From an uncultured Pseudomonadota bacterium (lineage in GTDB: Bacteria; Pseudomonadota; Alphaproteobacteria; Rhodobacterales; Rhodobacteraceae), in the NCBI GenBank assembly GCA_963837565.1, contig CAWIOC010000010.1, positions 6,005 through 70,004 of the forward strand: a stretch of DNA of 64,000 nt. Reading direction: 5' to 3'. The notes beneath the pieces are model-generated. The model was given only the letters and a program-made list of their open reading frames with translations. It searched no databases and had not been told where the DNA came from. The translations under genes were made by a program, and so were the position numbers. The number at the start of each line of letters is the position of its first letter. Positions within the stretch are counted from its first letter, which is position 1. Positions 55,512-64,000 of the stretch are shown piece by piece.

Positions 55512-55851
55512 AAGCCGACCTTGGTTAAGTCGGATGTAAACGACAGCTTATTGTATAATCGGAGCTAAATAGGTTTACGTGGGCAGCCTGACCGGCAGCT
55601 GGTAACGCATTGAACTGCGGCAGCTTGCTTCCTTATCGTAACCTGCGAGTGCCAGCTTGCGCCAGGTGCAATGGAGAAGTTCTTGGAAAGACCGAAAGCT
55701 AGGTAAGTAAGCTTTCCGCGAACAATGTGCTAAATTGGACCTTGAGCTAGGTTCACGCGATTGGTTGATGAAAACGGGCAAAAGCTTCAGGCTTAAGGAC
55801 TGACGAGGAAGAAAAGCGGCCGTTGATTTTGATTGCCGCGAACGACCGCCT
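55512..55851. repeat. Two 38-bp imperfect palindromes (55512-55549, 55814-55851)
   Basis: AAGCCGACCTT-N16-AACGACAGCTT and AAGCGGCCGTT-N16-AACGACCGCCT. Confidence 0.65.
55601..55750 (+). pseudogene. Low-GC remnant with HNH-like CxxCN motif
   Basis: LLPYRNLRVPACARCNGEVLGKTES then TAG at 55700; no start. Confidence 0.4.
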
Positions 55852-55983
55852 CCCGCCCTGCGGTGATCATGCCGGGTTCGACGTGATCGGCCCATTGCCG
55901 TCAGTCATCCTGACGGCTCGCCCTACTGCAAACCGCCCTTCCCAAGTCCAGTAGCAACCGGAAAAAATGGCTCGAGCCTGTTC

Positions 55984-57213
55984 CTATTCCAGGTCGGGCA
56001 AGAAAATGGTCAGCAGCCCGATCGCCGGCAGGAAGGCACAGATGCGGTAGACCATTTCGATCCCCACCTGGTCGGCCAAGACCCCAATCAGCGCGGCGCC
56101 GAGCCCGCCGAGGCCAAAGGCCAGACCGAAGAAGAGGCCCGACACCATGCCGATCCGGCCCGGGATCAGCTCCTGCCCATAGACAACAATCGCCGGGAAG
56201 GCCGAGGACAGGATCAATCCGACAACCCCGCTCAATGCCACGGTCGCCGTCAGGCCGACATAGGGCAGCACAAGGGTGAACGGCAGGGCCCCCAGGATCG
56301 AGACCCAGATCACGCGTTTGCGTCCCATGCGATCACCGATCGGGCCACCGATCAGCGTGCCAATCGCCATCCCGGCAAGAAAGACGAAGAGATCGACCTG
56401 GGCCGCATGCTCGGACACGCCGAAGCGGTGGATCAGGTAGAAGATGTAATAGGAGGTGATCGACGCGATGTAGAAGAACTTCGACACCATCAGCGCCACC
56501 AGAACGGTCATCACCCGGCGCACCTGCGCGGCCGGATAGGCGGCAACGGCAACCTTCGCCGGGCCAACCGGTCGGGCGCGAAGATGGGCCCGATACCAAC
56601 GACCAAGACCGGTCATCACCATCATGCCGAGAATGGAAGTCAGCGCGAACCAGGCCAGCGCATGACGCCCATGCGGCAATACGAAATAGGCGATCAGCAA
56701 CGGACCGACGGCGTTGCCCGCGTTGCCGCCGATCTGAAACACCGATTGCGCCAGACCATGCGCCCCTCCCGAAGCGAGCCGGGCCAGACGCGAGGTCTCG
56801 GGATGGAAAATCGAAGAGCCGGTTCCCAGCAGGACCGCGCCGGTCAGCAGCATCGGGTAGGAGGTTGCAAACGCGAGGGCGAGAAGCCCGGACAGCGAAG
56901 ACAGCATTCCGAACGGGAGCGAATAGGGCAAGGGATGCCGGTCCGTGTAGCGGCCGATCAACGGCTGCAGAAGCGAGGCGGTGGCCTGATAGGTAAGTGT
57001 CAGAAGGCCGATCTGGGCAAAGCTCAGGCTGAAGCCGCCCTTGAACAGAGGGTATGACGCCAGAAACAGGGATTGCGTCATGTCGTTGATGAAATGGCTC
57101 AGGCTGGCCGCCGCAAGAACCGAGTAGACCGGGTGGTGCCTCACTTTGGTCGGAGCGGCGGGGTTCGCCTGCCTGGGCTCGGCCGTCACCGGGTTGGTTG
57201 TGGTCAGGTTCAT
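55984..57213 (-). CDS. Fsr-like MFS transporter
   Basis: SHFIND, ASLLQP.IG..TD, SSIFHPE, GLAQS.FQ.GGN, GGPIGDR.GRK. Confidence 0.9.
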   Translation of the reverse strand: MNLTTTNPVTAEPRQANPAAPTKVRHHPVYSVLAAASLSHFINDMTQSLFLASYPLFKGGFSLSFAQIGLLTLTYQATASLLQPLIGRYTDRHPLPYSLPFGMLSSLSGLLALAFATSYPMLLTGAVLLGTGSSIFHPETSRLARLASGGAHGLAQSVFQIGGNAGNAVGPLLIAYFVLPHGRHALAWFALTSILGMMVMTGLGRWYRAHLRARPVGPAKVAVAAYPAAQVRRVMTVLVALMVSKFFYIASITSYYIFYLIHRFGVSEHAAQVDLFVFLAGMAIGTLIGGPIGDRMGRKRVIWVSILGALPFTLVLPYVGLTATVALSGVVGLILSSAFPAIVVYGQELIPGRIGMVSGLFFGLAFGLGGLGAALIGVLADQVGIEMVYRICAFLPAIGLLTIFLPDLE

Positions 57214-57352
57214 CTGATCGTCCTGTCGCTGATCGTCCCCGTCGGCACCTGAGGGCCGCACGTCACAAGCGGTTAGATAATTCAAATGGACCACGGCCCG
57301 CCACCGGGTTAAGGTCAATAAACCACGTGACTGGGCCAAAGAGGGCGCAGAG

Positions 57353-58135
57353 ATGGAAATCCGGTTCGAGCGCGATCCCAGCCGACCCGATGTGCAGCGC
57401 CCGATCGTTGCGCGCGGAATAGACTATGCGGACGGCACGCTCGTGCAGTCGCATTCCCATGCGCGCGCCCAACTTCTGTATGGCTCCACCGGCACCGTCA
57501 TGGCCGAGACGCCGCGTGGTGCCTGGATGATGCCTCCGGAGCATGGCCTGTGGATACCCGCCGGCGTCGTCCATCAAGTGCGCATGATGGGACGCGTGAA
57601 AACCCACAGCCTTTATTTCGCATCGGATGCCGTCAGCGCGATGCCGTCGTCCTGCGTGGTGCTTGGCATCACCCCATTGATGCGCAGCCTTCTGGCCGAG
57701 GCGGTCACCCTGCCAGCTGAATATGACCTCTCTGGCCGGGATGGCCTTGTGATGGCGCTGATCCAGGCGGAATTGCTGCGGCTGCCTGAAATGCCGTTGT
57801 CCTTGCCGCTTCCCCGGGATCCGAGGCTGGCGATGCGCTGCCGTGCGTTTCTGACGAATCCGACACCGCATGACACGATCGACGACTGGGCCCGTCAAAG
57901 CCATATCAGCCGCCGAACGTTCACGCGCAAATTCCGGGCCGAAACGGGGTTGAGTTTCGTGGCCTGGCGCCAGCAGGCCTGCGTCATGGCGGCCTTGCCA
58001 CGGCTTGCCTCCGGAGAAGCGATCACCTCGGTCGCGCTAGACCTCGGATACAGCAACCCCGCAGCCTTCAGCGCCATGTTCGCCCGCACCCTCGGATCCG
58101 CCCCACGCGCCTATCTGACGAGCGCTTCGGACTAG
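57353..58135 (+). CDS. AraC-family regulator (cupin plus HTH, NimR-like)
   Basis: HSHARAQLLY, LWIPAGV.H, WRQQA, LGYSNP.AF..MF. Confidence 0.92.
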   Translation: MEIRFERDPSRPDVQRPIVARGIDYADGTLVQSHSHARAQLLYGSTGTVMAETPRGAWMMPPEHGLWIPAGVVHQVRMMGRVKTHSLYFASDAVSAMPSSCVVLGITPLMRSLLAEAVTLPAEYDLSGRDGLVMALIQAELLRLPEMPLSLPLPRDPRLAMRCRAFLTNPTPHDTIDDWARQSHISRRTFTRKFRAETGLSFVAWRQQACVMAALPRLASGEAITSVALDLGYSNPAAFSAMFARTLGSAPRAYLTSASD

Positions 58136-58183
58136 CGGTCCGGGCAGTTGCGCAGGTGGCAGCAACAAATTCGGCTTCGGAGA

Positions 58184-58375
58184 GCCTTCCTGCTTGCTTA
58201 GGCGGGGCTCCTCGACGGGCGGCGCGCCGCGACCCACTGGTCTCGATCACGCGAGCTGCACCTCAGATTTCCCGAGGTTCGTGTGGAAGAAGACCGGATC
58301 TATATCGCTGATGGCGCGATCTGGACCCGGGCGGGCATGACGGCCGGCATCGGGACCGACCAGGCGCCAGGATGA
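58184..58375 (+). pseudogene. Internal fragment of a GlxA-type (DJ-1/PfpI-AraC) regulator
   Basis: AFLLA*AGLLDGRRAATHW...RFPEVRVEEDRIYIADGAIWTRAGMTAGI, with in-frame TAG at 58199. Confidence 0.78.
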
Positions 58376-58481
58376 AGAATATCGAGCCTCAATTCTGATC
58401 TTGCGTGAAGCTGCCCCGGGGAAGCCCTTCAGGGTCCGGACGCGCCTGTCGAACAGCACCGCCGGGGGCGGGGCAAGCGGC

Positions 58482-59147
58482 TCAAGCCGCCAGTGGCGCG
58501 ATCAGCGCCGCGCCCTGCGCGCGGTTGGAGTTTACCGCCGGATCGACGCGGTGCAGTTGCAACACGCCGTCGCCGGTGGCGTGCATCAGCGGCGCGGCAC
58601 CGCTGCCCGCCTCGCCGAGCCAGAGCGGCCAGTCGGCGGGATCGAGGATCACCGGCTCGCGATGGTGCACCCTGGCAAGCACCGGCCCGGCGTCGCAGGT
58701 CACCATCGCGCAGCTGACAAGCGATTGCCCGTCGCGCTCCCAGGCCTGCCAGATTCCGGCGAAGACCATCGCCGCGCCATCGGTCCGGGTGATGTACCAG
58801 GGCAGCCGCGCGCCACCCTCGCCGGCGCTCCATTCGTAAAACCCGCTCGCCGGGATCAGACAGCGGCGCTCGCGCACCGCGGCGCGAAACGCCGGCTTCT
58901 GCGCAATCGAATCCGCCCGCGCATTGATCAGCAGCGGCCCGTCCGAGGGCGTCTTGTACCACTGCGGCACGAAGCCCCAGCGCATCGGACGCAGCCGCCG
59001 CCCGGCCGCATCCGAGGTGACCACCGCCACCGCATTCGTCGGGCAGATGTTATAGCGCGGCACCTCCGGCAGATCGTTGCCGGGCACCGCCCCGAACAGC
59101 TGCGCAACCGCCTGATCCGGCATCGTCATCACGAAACGTCCGCACAT
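58482..59147 (-). CDS. SOS response-associated peptidase (SRAP/YedK)
   Basis: MCGRF start, RYNICP, INARA, RRCLIPASGFYEW, HHREP. Confidence 0.95.
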   Translation of the reverse strand: MCGRFVMTMPDQAVAQLFGAVPGNDLPEVPRYNICPTNAVAVVTSDAAGRRLRPMRWGFVPQWYKTPSDGPLLINARADSIAQKPAFRAAVRERRCLIPASGFYEWSAGEGGARLPWYITRTDGAAMVFAGIWQAWERDGQSLVSCAMVTCDAGPVLARVHHREPVILDPADWPLWLGEAGSGAAPLMHATGDGVLQLHRVDPAVNSNRAQGAALIAPLAA

Positions 59148-59183
59148 GCCCGGCCTCCCGCCCCGGACCCACCCGGGCAAGAT

Positions 59184-59206
59184 GAGTATTTTTGCCAAGA
59201 AGAAGC
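59184..59206. repeat. Dispersed repeat family A, copy 6
   Basis: GAGTATTTTTGCCAAGAAGAAGC. Confidence 0.8.
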
Positions 59207-59267
59207 CGCAGCCGCGTTCCCATCGCAACCCGGTGCCAGGGACAGCGCCCCGGCACCGGCCCCGCCC

Positions 59268-60779
59268 TTACTGGCCGACCTGCTTGATCCGGCCATCGGT
59301 CTTTTCCGCAACCTTGCCCATCTTGGTGATGTAATCGATCACGTCATTGGCCATCAGGCTGCCCGCCGTCTCGTTCACCAGCACCTTGCCACCGCCGAGC
59401 GCGGTATAGCCGTCGCCGCCGCCCAGCATGTAATCATTGGTGGCGACCTTGTAGACCTTGTCCTTGTCCAGGGGCTTGCCATCGACCATGACCTCGGTCA
59501 CCCGCGACATCGGCTTGGCGGTCTTGTCCCAGACCACGGTCATCCCCGCCACCTGCGGGAACCGCCCGGCGCCGTCCTCGACCTGGCTGAAGCCGTTTTC
59601 CAGCGCCGCCAGCAGCTGGCTGCCCGGGATCTCGGTCACCACGGTCTTGTTGCCGAACGGCAGTTCGGTCAGCACATCGCGCCGGGTCAGATCGATCCCC
59701 GCGTCATAGGTCTTGTCGCCGCGGATGCCGCCGCCGTTGATCAAGACCACATCCGCCCCGCTCTGCGCCTTCAGCGCATCCGCGATCAGATCGCCCATCG
59801 AGCTTTCCTCGGTCCGCACCACATTGCGGCGGCTGTCGAGCGGCGCCTCGTTCTTGCCGATCACCACGCCGAGCTGCTTGTCGAGGTCGGCCTTGTAGCC
59901 ATCCACCATCTTCTGCGTTTCCGGGTCCGGCGCCACCGTGGCGGTATCGACGAAGCGGAAGTTCGGCACCCATTTCACCGATCTCTTGCCGTCCTTCTCG
60001 GTCACCGTGATGTTCAGATCCAGCGGATCGAGGAACTTCGCGTCGATCGAGGTCTCGACATAGGCGGTGATCCCGTCATAGGCGGTGAAATAATCATGGT
60101 CATCGCCCGAGATGATCACGTCGAAGGCATGGCTCGCCATCATCTCGAAGTCCTGGCTATGCGGCGTCTGCACCACCCCGATCACCAGATCGGCGCCGGC
60201 CTTGCGCGCCGCCTTGGCGGCATCCACCCCGGCCTTGACCGAGGGCAGGAACTTCAGATCGCCGGTCGAGGCGACAACCGGCGAGTCATCTTCCGAGACC
60301 GGGATCAGCGCCACCTTCAGCCCGGCGATATCCTTCATCATCACCCCACCCACGCCCGGCATCGAGGAGCCGTCCGGGTTGGTCACCGAGACCGTGGCCC
60401 AGGGATATTTCGAATCCTTCACCTTGGCGTAGAAGTTGTCCGGCCCGAAATCGAACTCATGGTTGCCCGGCACGGCAATGTCGAAAGGCACGATATTGGT
60501 CAGCTGGATCGTGTTCTCGCCCTTGTCCAGGCCCGACAGCAGCGAGGGCGACAGCATGTCGCCATCGAAGACGTAGAGGAAGTTCGGGTTCGCCGCCTTC
60601 TCCGCCTTGGCCAGCGCATTCAGCCGGGCGAAACCGCCGCGGTCCTTGCCCGCATCGAAGTTGTACAGATCGCCGACCCCAAGGATCGTCAGCTTGATCG
60701 TATCGGCCCCGGCCAGGCCCGCGGCCAGCGCCAGGGTCGAGGCCGCGACGGCGGCCAGGCGAAAATTGCGACGTTTCAT
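59268..60779 (-). CDS. Periplasmic 5'-nucleotidase/metallophosphatase (UshA-like)
   Basis: Signal peptide, GGFARL, GNHEFD, NGGGIR, LPFGN, GRFPQVAG, GGDGY. Confidence 0.92.
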   Translation of the reverse strand: MKRRNFRLAAVAASTLALAAGLAGADTIKLTILGVGDLYNFDAGKDRGGFARLNALAKAEKAANPNFLYVFDGDMLSPSLLSGLDKGENTIQLTNIVPFDIAVPGNHEFDFGPDNFYAKVKDSKYPWATVSVTNPDGSSMPGVGGVMMKDIAGLKVALIPVSEDDSPVVASTGDLKFLPSVKAGVDAAKAARKAGADLVIGVVQTPHSQDFEMMASHAFDVIISGDDHDYFTAYDGITAYVETSIDAKFLDPLDLNITVTEKDGKRSVKWVPNFRFVDTATVAPDPETQKMVDGYKADLDKQLGVVIGKNEAPLDSRRNVVRTEESSMGDLIADALKAQSGADVVLINGGGIRGDKTYDAGIDLTRRDVLTELPFGNKTVVTEIPGSQLLAALENGFSQVEDGAGRFPQVAGMTVVWDKTAKPMSRVTEVMVDGKPLDKDKVYKVATNDYMLGGGDGYTALGGGKVLVNETAGSLMANDVIDYITKMGKVAEKTDGRIKQVGQ

Positions 60780-60871
60780 GCTGCACCCTCTCATTGACGT
60801 TCCCGAGGGCCAGATTGCGGTGCCTGCGCGCCCGAGTCAAAGCCCTTTGGCAGCCATCCTCTGCGCCCGCC

Positions 60872-60889
60872 GTGACAGGACGGTGACGC
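60872..60889 (-). promoter_or_regulatory. Pho box (PhoB site)
   Basis: Minus strand GCGTCAC-CGTC-CTGTCAC, 11-bp period, upstream of the nucleotidase. Confidence 0.6.
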
Positions 60890-61073
60890 AGCCCGAACGA
60901 TCGCCCGGATTGACCCCGCCCGCCCGATCGGGCATCACCGATTGCAGCCGCCACGACCCCCGCCGCCAAGGAGCGTTCCTGTGATCGTCACCCCGCCATC
61001 CGAGCTCACAGGCCCCCCCGTCCCCCGCAGTCTCGGCCGCCTGCGCGCCGTCACCCCGCAGGCCCGCTGAGCC

Positions 61074-61430
61074 ATGCAGCCCGACCGCCCCACGCTGATC
61101 TTCAAGATCTTCCGCCGCGCCGAATGGAACGCGCTGCGCACCGCGGGCGAGACCCTGGGCGCGCCGATCGACCTCGCCGACGGCTATATCCATTTCTCGA
61201 CCGCAGCCCAGGTGACCGAGACGGCGGCCAGACATTTCGCCGCCGAAAGCGATCTCGTGCTGGTCGCGGTCAATGCCACGGCGCTCGGCGAGGCGCTGCG
61301 CTGGGAACCCTCGCGCGGCGGCGCGCTCTTCCCGCATCTCTACCGCGCGCTGACGATGGGCGATGTGGTCTGGGACAAATCCCTGCCGCTCGGCGCCACC
61401 GGCCATATCTTTCCCGAGGGCATGGTGTGA
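61074..61430 (+). CDS. DUF952 protein
   Basis: [27 protein letters not shown]. Confidence 0.92.
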   Translation: MQPDRPTLIFKIFRRAEWNALRTAGETLGAPIDLADGYIHFSTAAQVTETAARHFAAESDLVLVAVNATALGEALRWEPSRGGALFPHLYRALTMGDVVWDKSLPLGATGHIFPEGMV

Positions 61431-62485
61431 GCCTGCTGGAACAGGCCGGTCTCGCGCTCTTGCAGCGGATCGACCCGGAGCGGGCGCATGGCCTGGCCCT
61501 CATGGCGCTGCGGGCGGGCCTTGGCGCCGCCCCCGGGCCGATCACCTCGCCGCGCCTCGCGCTGACGCTGGCGGGCCTTTCGCTGCCCAATCCGGTCGGC
61601 CTCGCCGCAGGCTTCGACAAGAACGCAACCGCGCTCGGACCCCTTTCGCGCGCCGGTTTCGGCTTTCTCGAGGTCGGCGCGGCGACGCCCCGCGCGCAAC
61701 CCGGCAATCCGCGCCCGCGGCTGTTCCGGCTGACCGAGGACCGCGCCGCGATCAACCGCTTCGGCTTCAACAACGACGGCGCCAGCGCCATCGCCACCCG
61801 CCTCGCCGCCCGCCCGCGCGGCATCCCCGTCGGCCTGAACCTCGGCGCCAACAAGGACAGCCCCGATCGCGCCGCCGATTTCGCCGCGGTGCTGACGACC
61901 TGCGGCGGCGCCGCCGATTTCGTCACCGTCAACGTCTCCTCGCCCAATACCGAGCGCCTGCGCGATCTGCAGGGCCGCGACGCGCTGACCGCGCTGCTGC
62001 AAGGCGTGCTGGCCGCCCGCGACGCCCTGCCGCGCCGGATCCCGGTCTTCCTGAAGATCGCCCCCGACCTCGACGATGCCGCACTTGCCGAGATCGCCGA
62101 TGTCGCCCTCGCCACCGGCCTCGATGCGATCATCGCCACCAATACCACGCTGGCGCGCGAGCGTCTGAAAAGCCGCCATGCCTCCGAGAAGGGCGGCCTC
62201 TCCGGCGCGCCGCTGTTCGAGCATTCGACCCGGGTTCTCGCCCGCCTCTTCACCCAGACCGGCGGCCGCCTGCCGCTGATCGGCGTCGGCGGCATCGCCA
62301 GCGCCGAAGACGCCTATGCCAAGATCCGCGCCGGCGCCTCGGCGGTGCAGCTCTACACCGCGATGGTCTATGGCGGCCTCAGCCTCGCCGCCGAAATCGC
62401 CCGCGGCCTCGACACATTGCTCGCCCGCGACGGCGTGCAGAACGCGGCCTTCGCCACCGGCACCGAAGCCCATCGCTGGCTCTGA
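61427..62485 (+). CDS. pyrD: Quinone-dependent dihydroorotate dehydrogenase
   Basis: [41 protein letters not shown] overlap. Confidence 0.96.
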   Translation: MSLLEQAGLALLQRIDPERAHGLALMALRAGLGAAPGPITSPRLALTLAGLSLPNPVGLAAGFDKNATALGPLSRAGFGFLEVGAATPRAQPGNPRPRLFRLTEDRAAINRFGFNNDGASAIATRLAARPRGIPVGLNLGANKDSPDRAADFAAVLTTCGGAADFVTVNVSSPNTERLRDLQGRDALTALLQGVLAARDALPRRIPVFLKIAPDLDDAALAEIADVALATGLDAIIATNTTLARERLKSRHASEKGGLSGAPLFEHSTRVLARLFTQTGGRLPLIGVGGIASAEDAYAKIRAGASAVQLYTAMVYGGLSLAAEIARGLDTLLARDGVQNAAFATGTEAHRWL

Positions 62486-62506
62486 CCCGCCCCGCGCCTC
62501 TGCCCT

Positions 62507-62584
62507 CATTTTCTGCCCGCATTTTCTGCCCGCATTTTCTGCCCGAAAATATCCCACGGGGGTGCGGGGGTGTGAAACCCCCGC
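62507..62584. repeat. Dispersed repeat family A, copy 7, with internal 13-bp triplication
   Basis: (CATTTTCTGCCCG)x3-AAAATATCCC then GCGGGGGTGTGAAACCCCCGC hairpin. Confidence 0.88.
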
Positions 62585-62810
62585 TCCGCGCTCCAACCCG
62601 AAGCCCGTCACCAATATCTCGCCACCGAGGGCAGCGCTCGACCCCAGCCGGCGGCGGCTGCCCGGGCCGGGTGAGACGCGCAGCCGGAAAGAGGCCCCGC
62701 GCCGCAAAACCACGCTCGGCGCAGAATATCCTTGCCCGACGACCTGCCGCGCCGCAGTCTCATTCGAGGGCGAGCGCTGTCGCTCCGGCAGCGTCAAGGG
62801 GTGTGCATCA

Positions 62811-63452
62811 ATGTCCCTCCAGATCATTGGCCCGGGCTTCGGGCGGACCGGAACCAGATCGCTGAAGGCGGCGCTGGAATTGCTCGGTTTCGGCCCCTGC
62901 CACCACATGACGACGCTCTTCGCCGACCCGGCGCAGCTGGCCTTCTGGAAGACCCTTGCCGCCGGCGGCACAGTCGACTGGCACGAGGTCTTCGCAGGCT
63001 TCCGGTCGCAGATCGACTGGCCCGGCGCGCATGTCTGGCGCGACCTCGTCGCCGCCTTCCCTGAGGCCCGCATCGTCTTCAGCACGCGCCCGGCCGAGGC
63101 CTGGTACACCTCCTACGCGCGCACTGTCGGCAAGCTGCGGCGGCTCTATCCGCAGATGCCCCTGCCAGGGACCGTGGCCGAGACGCTCGATACGATGAAA
63201 CAGGTGATGATCCGCCGTGGCATCGACCCCGAGATGCGCGACCGCGACACGGCCATCGCGGCATTCCACCGCCAGCTCGCGGATGTCCGCGCCGCCGTCC
63301 CGGCCGAACGGCTTCTGGTCTTCGCCCTGGGCGACGGCTGGGCACCGCTCTGCCGCTTCCTCAGGGTGCCGGTGCCGGACTCCCCCTTTCCAAGACTGAA
63401 CGACGGCGCCGACTTCTGGCAGCGCTTCGGCGGCGAACCACCCGAGGCATAG
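62811..63452 (+). CDS. Sulfotransferase-family (P-loop) protein
   Basis: GPGFGRTGT.SLK.AL..LG.GPCHHM, DWP, GW.PLC.FL, PFP..N. Confidence 0.88.
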   Translation: MSLQIIGPGFGRTGTRSLKAALELLGFGPCHHMTTLFADPAQLAFWKTLAAGGTVDWHEVFAGFRSQIDWPGAHVWRDLVAAFPEARIVFSTRPAEAWYTSYARTVGKLRRLYPQMPLPGTVAETLDTMKQVMIRRGIDPEMRDRDTAIAAFHRQLADVRAAVPAERLLVFALGDGWAPLCRFLRVPVPDSPFPRLNDGADFWQRFGGEPPEA

Positions 63453-63458
63453 GTCCCG

Positions 63459-64000
63459 CTACGCCGCCAGCCGCTCCACCGAAGGATAATAGACCGCCAT
63501 CGTCACCCCCCGGGTCACGTTCAGCACCATCAGCGCGCCCCATAGCCCCGCGTTCTGCCAGACCGGCAGCAGCCCGACCAGCGCCACGACATAGACCGCC
63601 ACCGAGATCGCCATCGCATTGCGCATCGTCCGGGTCTGGGTCGCGCCGATATAGATGCCATCGAACATCCAGCTCGCCACCCCCAGCACCGGCGCCGCCA
63701 CGACCCAGGGCAGAAAGTCGCGCGCCGAAGCCCGCACCGCCGCATCGCGCGCCATCACGTCGATGATCGCGGGCCCGAAGCCCGCAAACACCGCCGCCAG
63801 CAGCAGCGCGCCACCGACACCCCATTCGCTGGTCAACAGCGCCGCCCGCCGCAGGCTCGGCACCGACCGCGCCCCCACCGCCTGGCCGACCAGCGATTCC
63901 GCCGCAAAGGCGAAGCCGTCGAGCGCAAAGGCGGTGACCTCGACAAACTGCATCAGCACCTGATTGGCGGCCAGCGTCGTGTCGCCAAACCCGGCGCCGA
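63459..64000 (-). CDS. MATE efflux protein (DinF-like), 5' part outside the window
   Basis: LAANQVLMQF, ALDGFAFAAE.LVG, DGIYIGAT..MRN. Confidence 0.9.
   Translation of the reverse strand, partial: GAGFGDTTLAANQVLMQFVEVTAFALDGFAFAAESLVGQAVGARSVPSLRRAALLTSEWGVGGALLLAAVFAGFGPAIIDVMARDAAVRASARDFLPWVVAAPVLGVASWMFDGIYIGATQTRTMRNAMAISVAVYVVALVGLLPVWQNAGLWGALMVLNVTRGVTMAVYYPSVERLAA

Noticed and set aside
55341..58470. Classical tRNA-integrated island or prophage
   Set aside because: No integrase, no duplicated tRNA 3' end, and the foreign DNA is on the tRNA 5' side

Overview
High-GC alphaproteobacterial chromosome segment, most consistent with Rhodobacteraceae/Paracoccaceae (gatCA without gatB, rpmG-rnpB-amidase block, opgG-opgI-opgH, DUF952-pyrD). 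It is mostly core genome: about 55 CDS, RNase P RNA and tRNA-Gly(TCC). Many genes, including essential ones (gatA, purC, tadA), carry 1-nt indels that cluster at about 17-24.5 kb and 37-41.5 kb. These look like long-read consensus errors, so coordinates of frameshifted genes are approximate. No integrase, transposase, CRISPR array or prophage is evident. Best leads: (1) a structured two-hairpin, kissing-loop 5' leader on the 8-oxoguanine deaminase gene (riboswitch candidate); (2) a putative envelope-stress operon led by an unannotated 27-aa membrane peptide (smORF-xpaC-telA-DUF2927-SPFH/GYF-Zn ribbon); (3) a conserved ~38-bp imperfect palindrome bordering two small lower-GC cassette-like inserts; (4) an ABCD/YddA-type transporter with a catalytically degenerate NBD; (5) a 7-copy dispersed intergenic repeat family. 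All family assignments come from motif recognition, not database searches.
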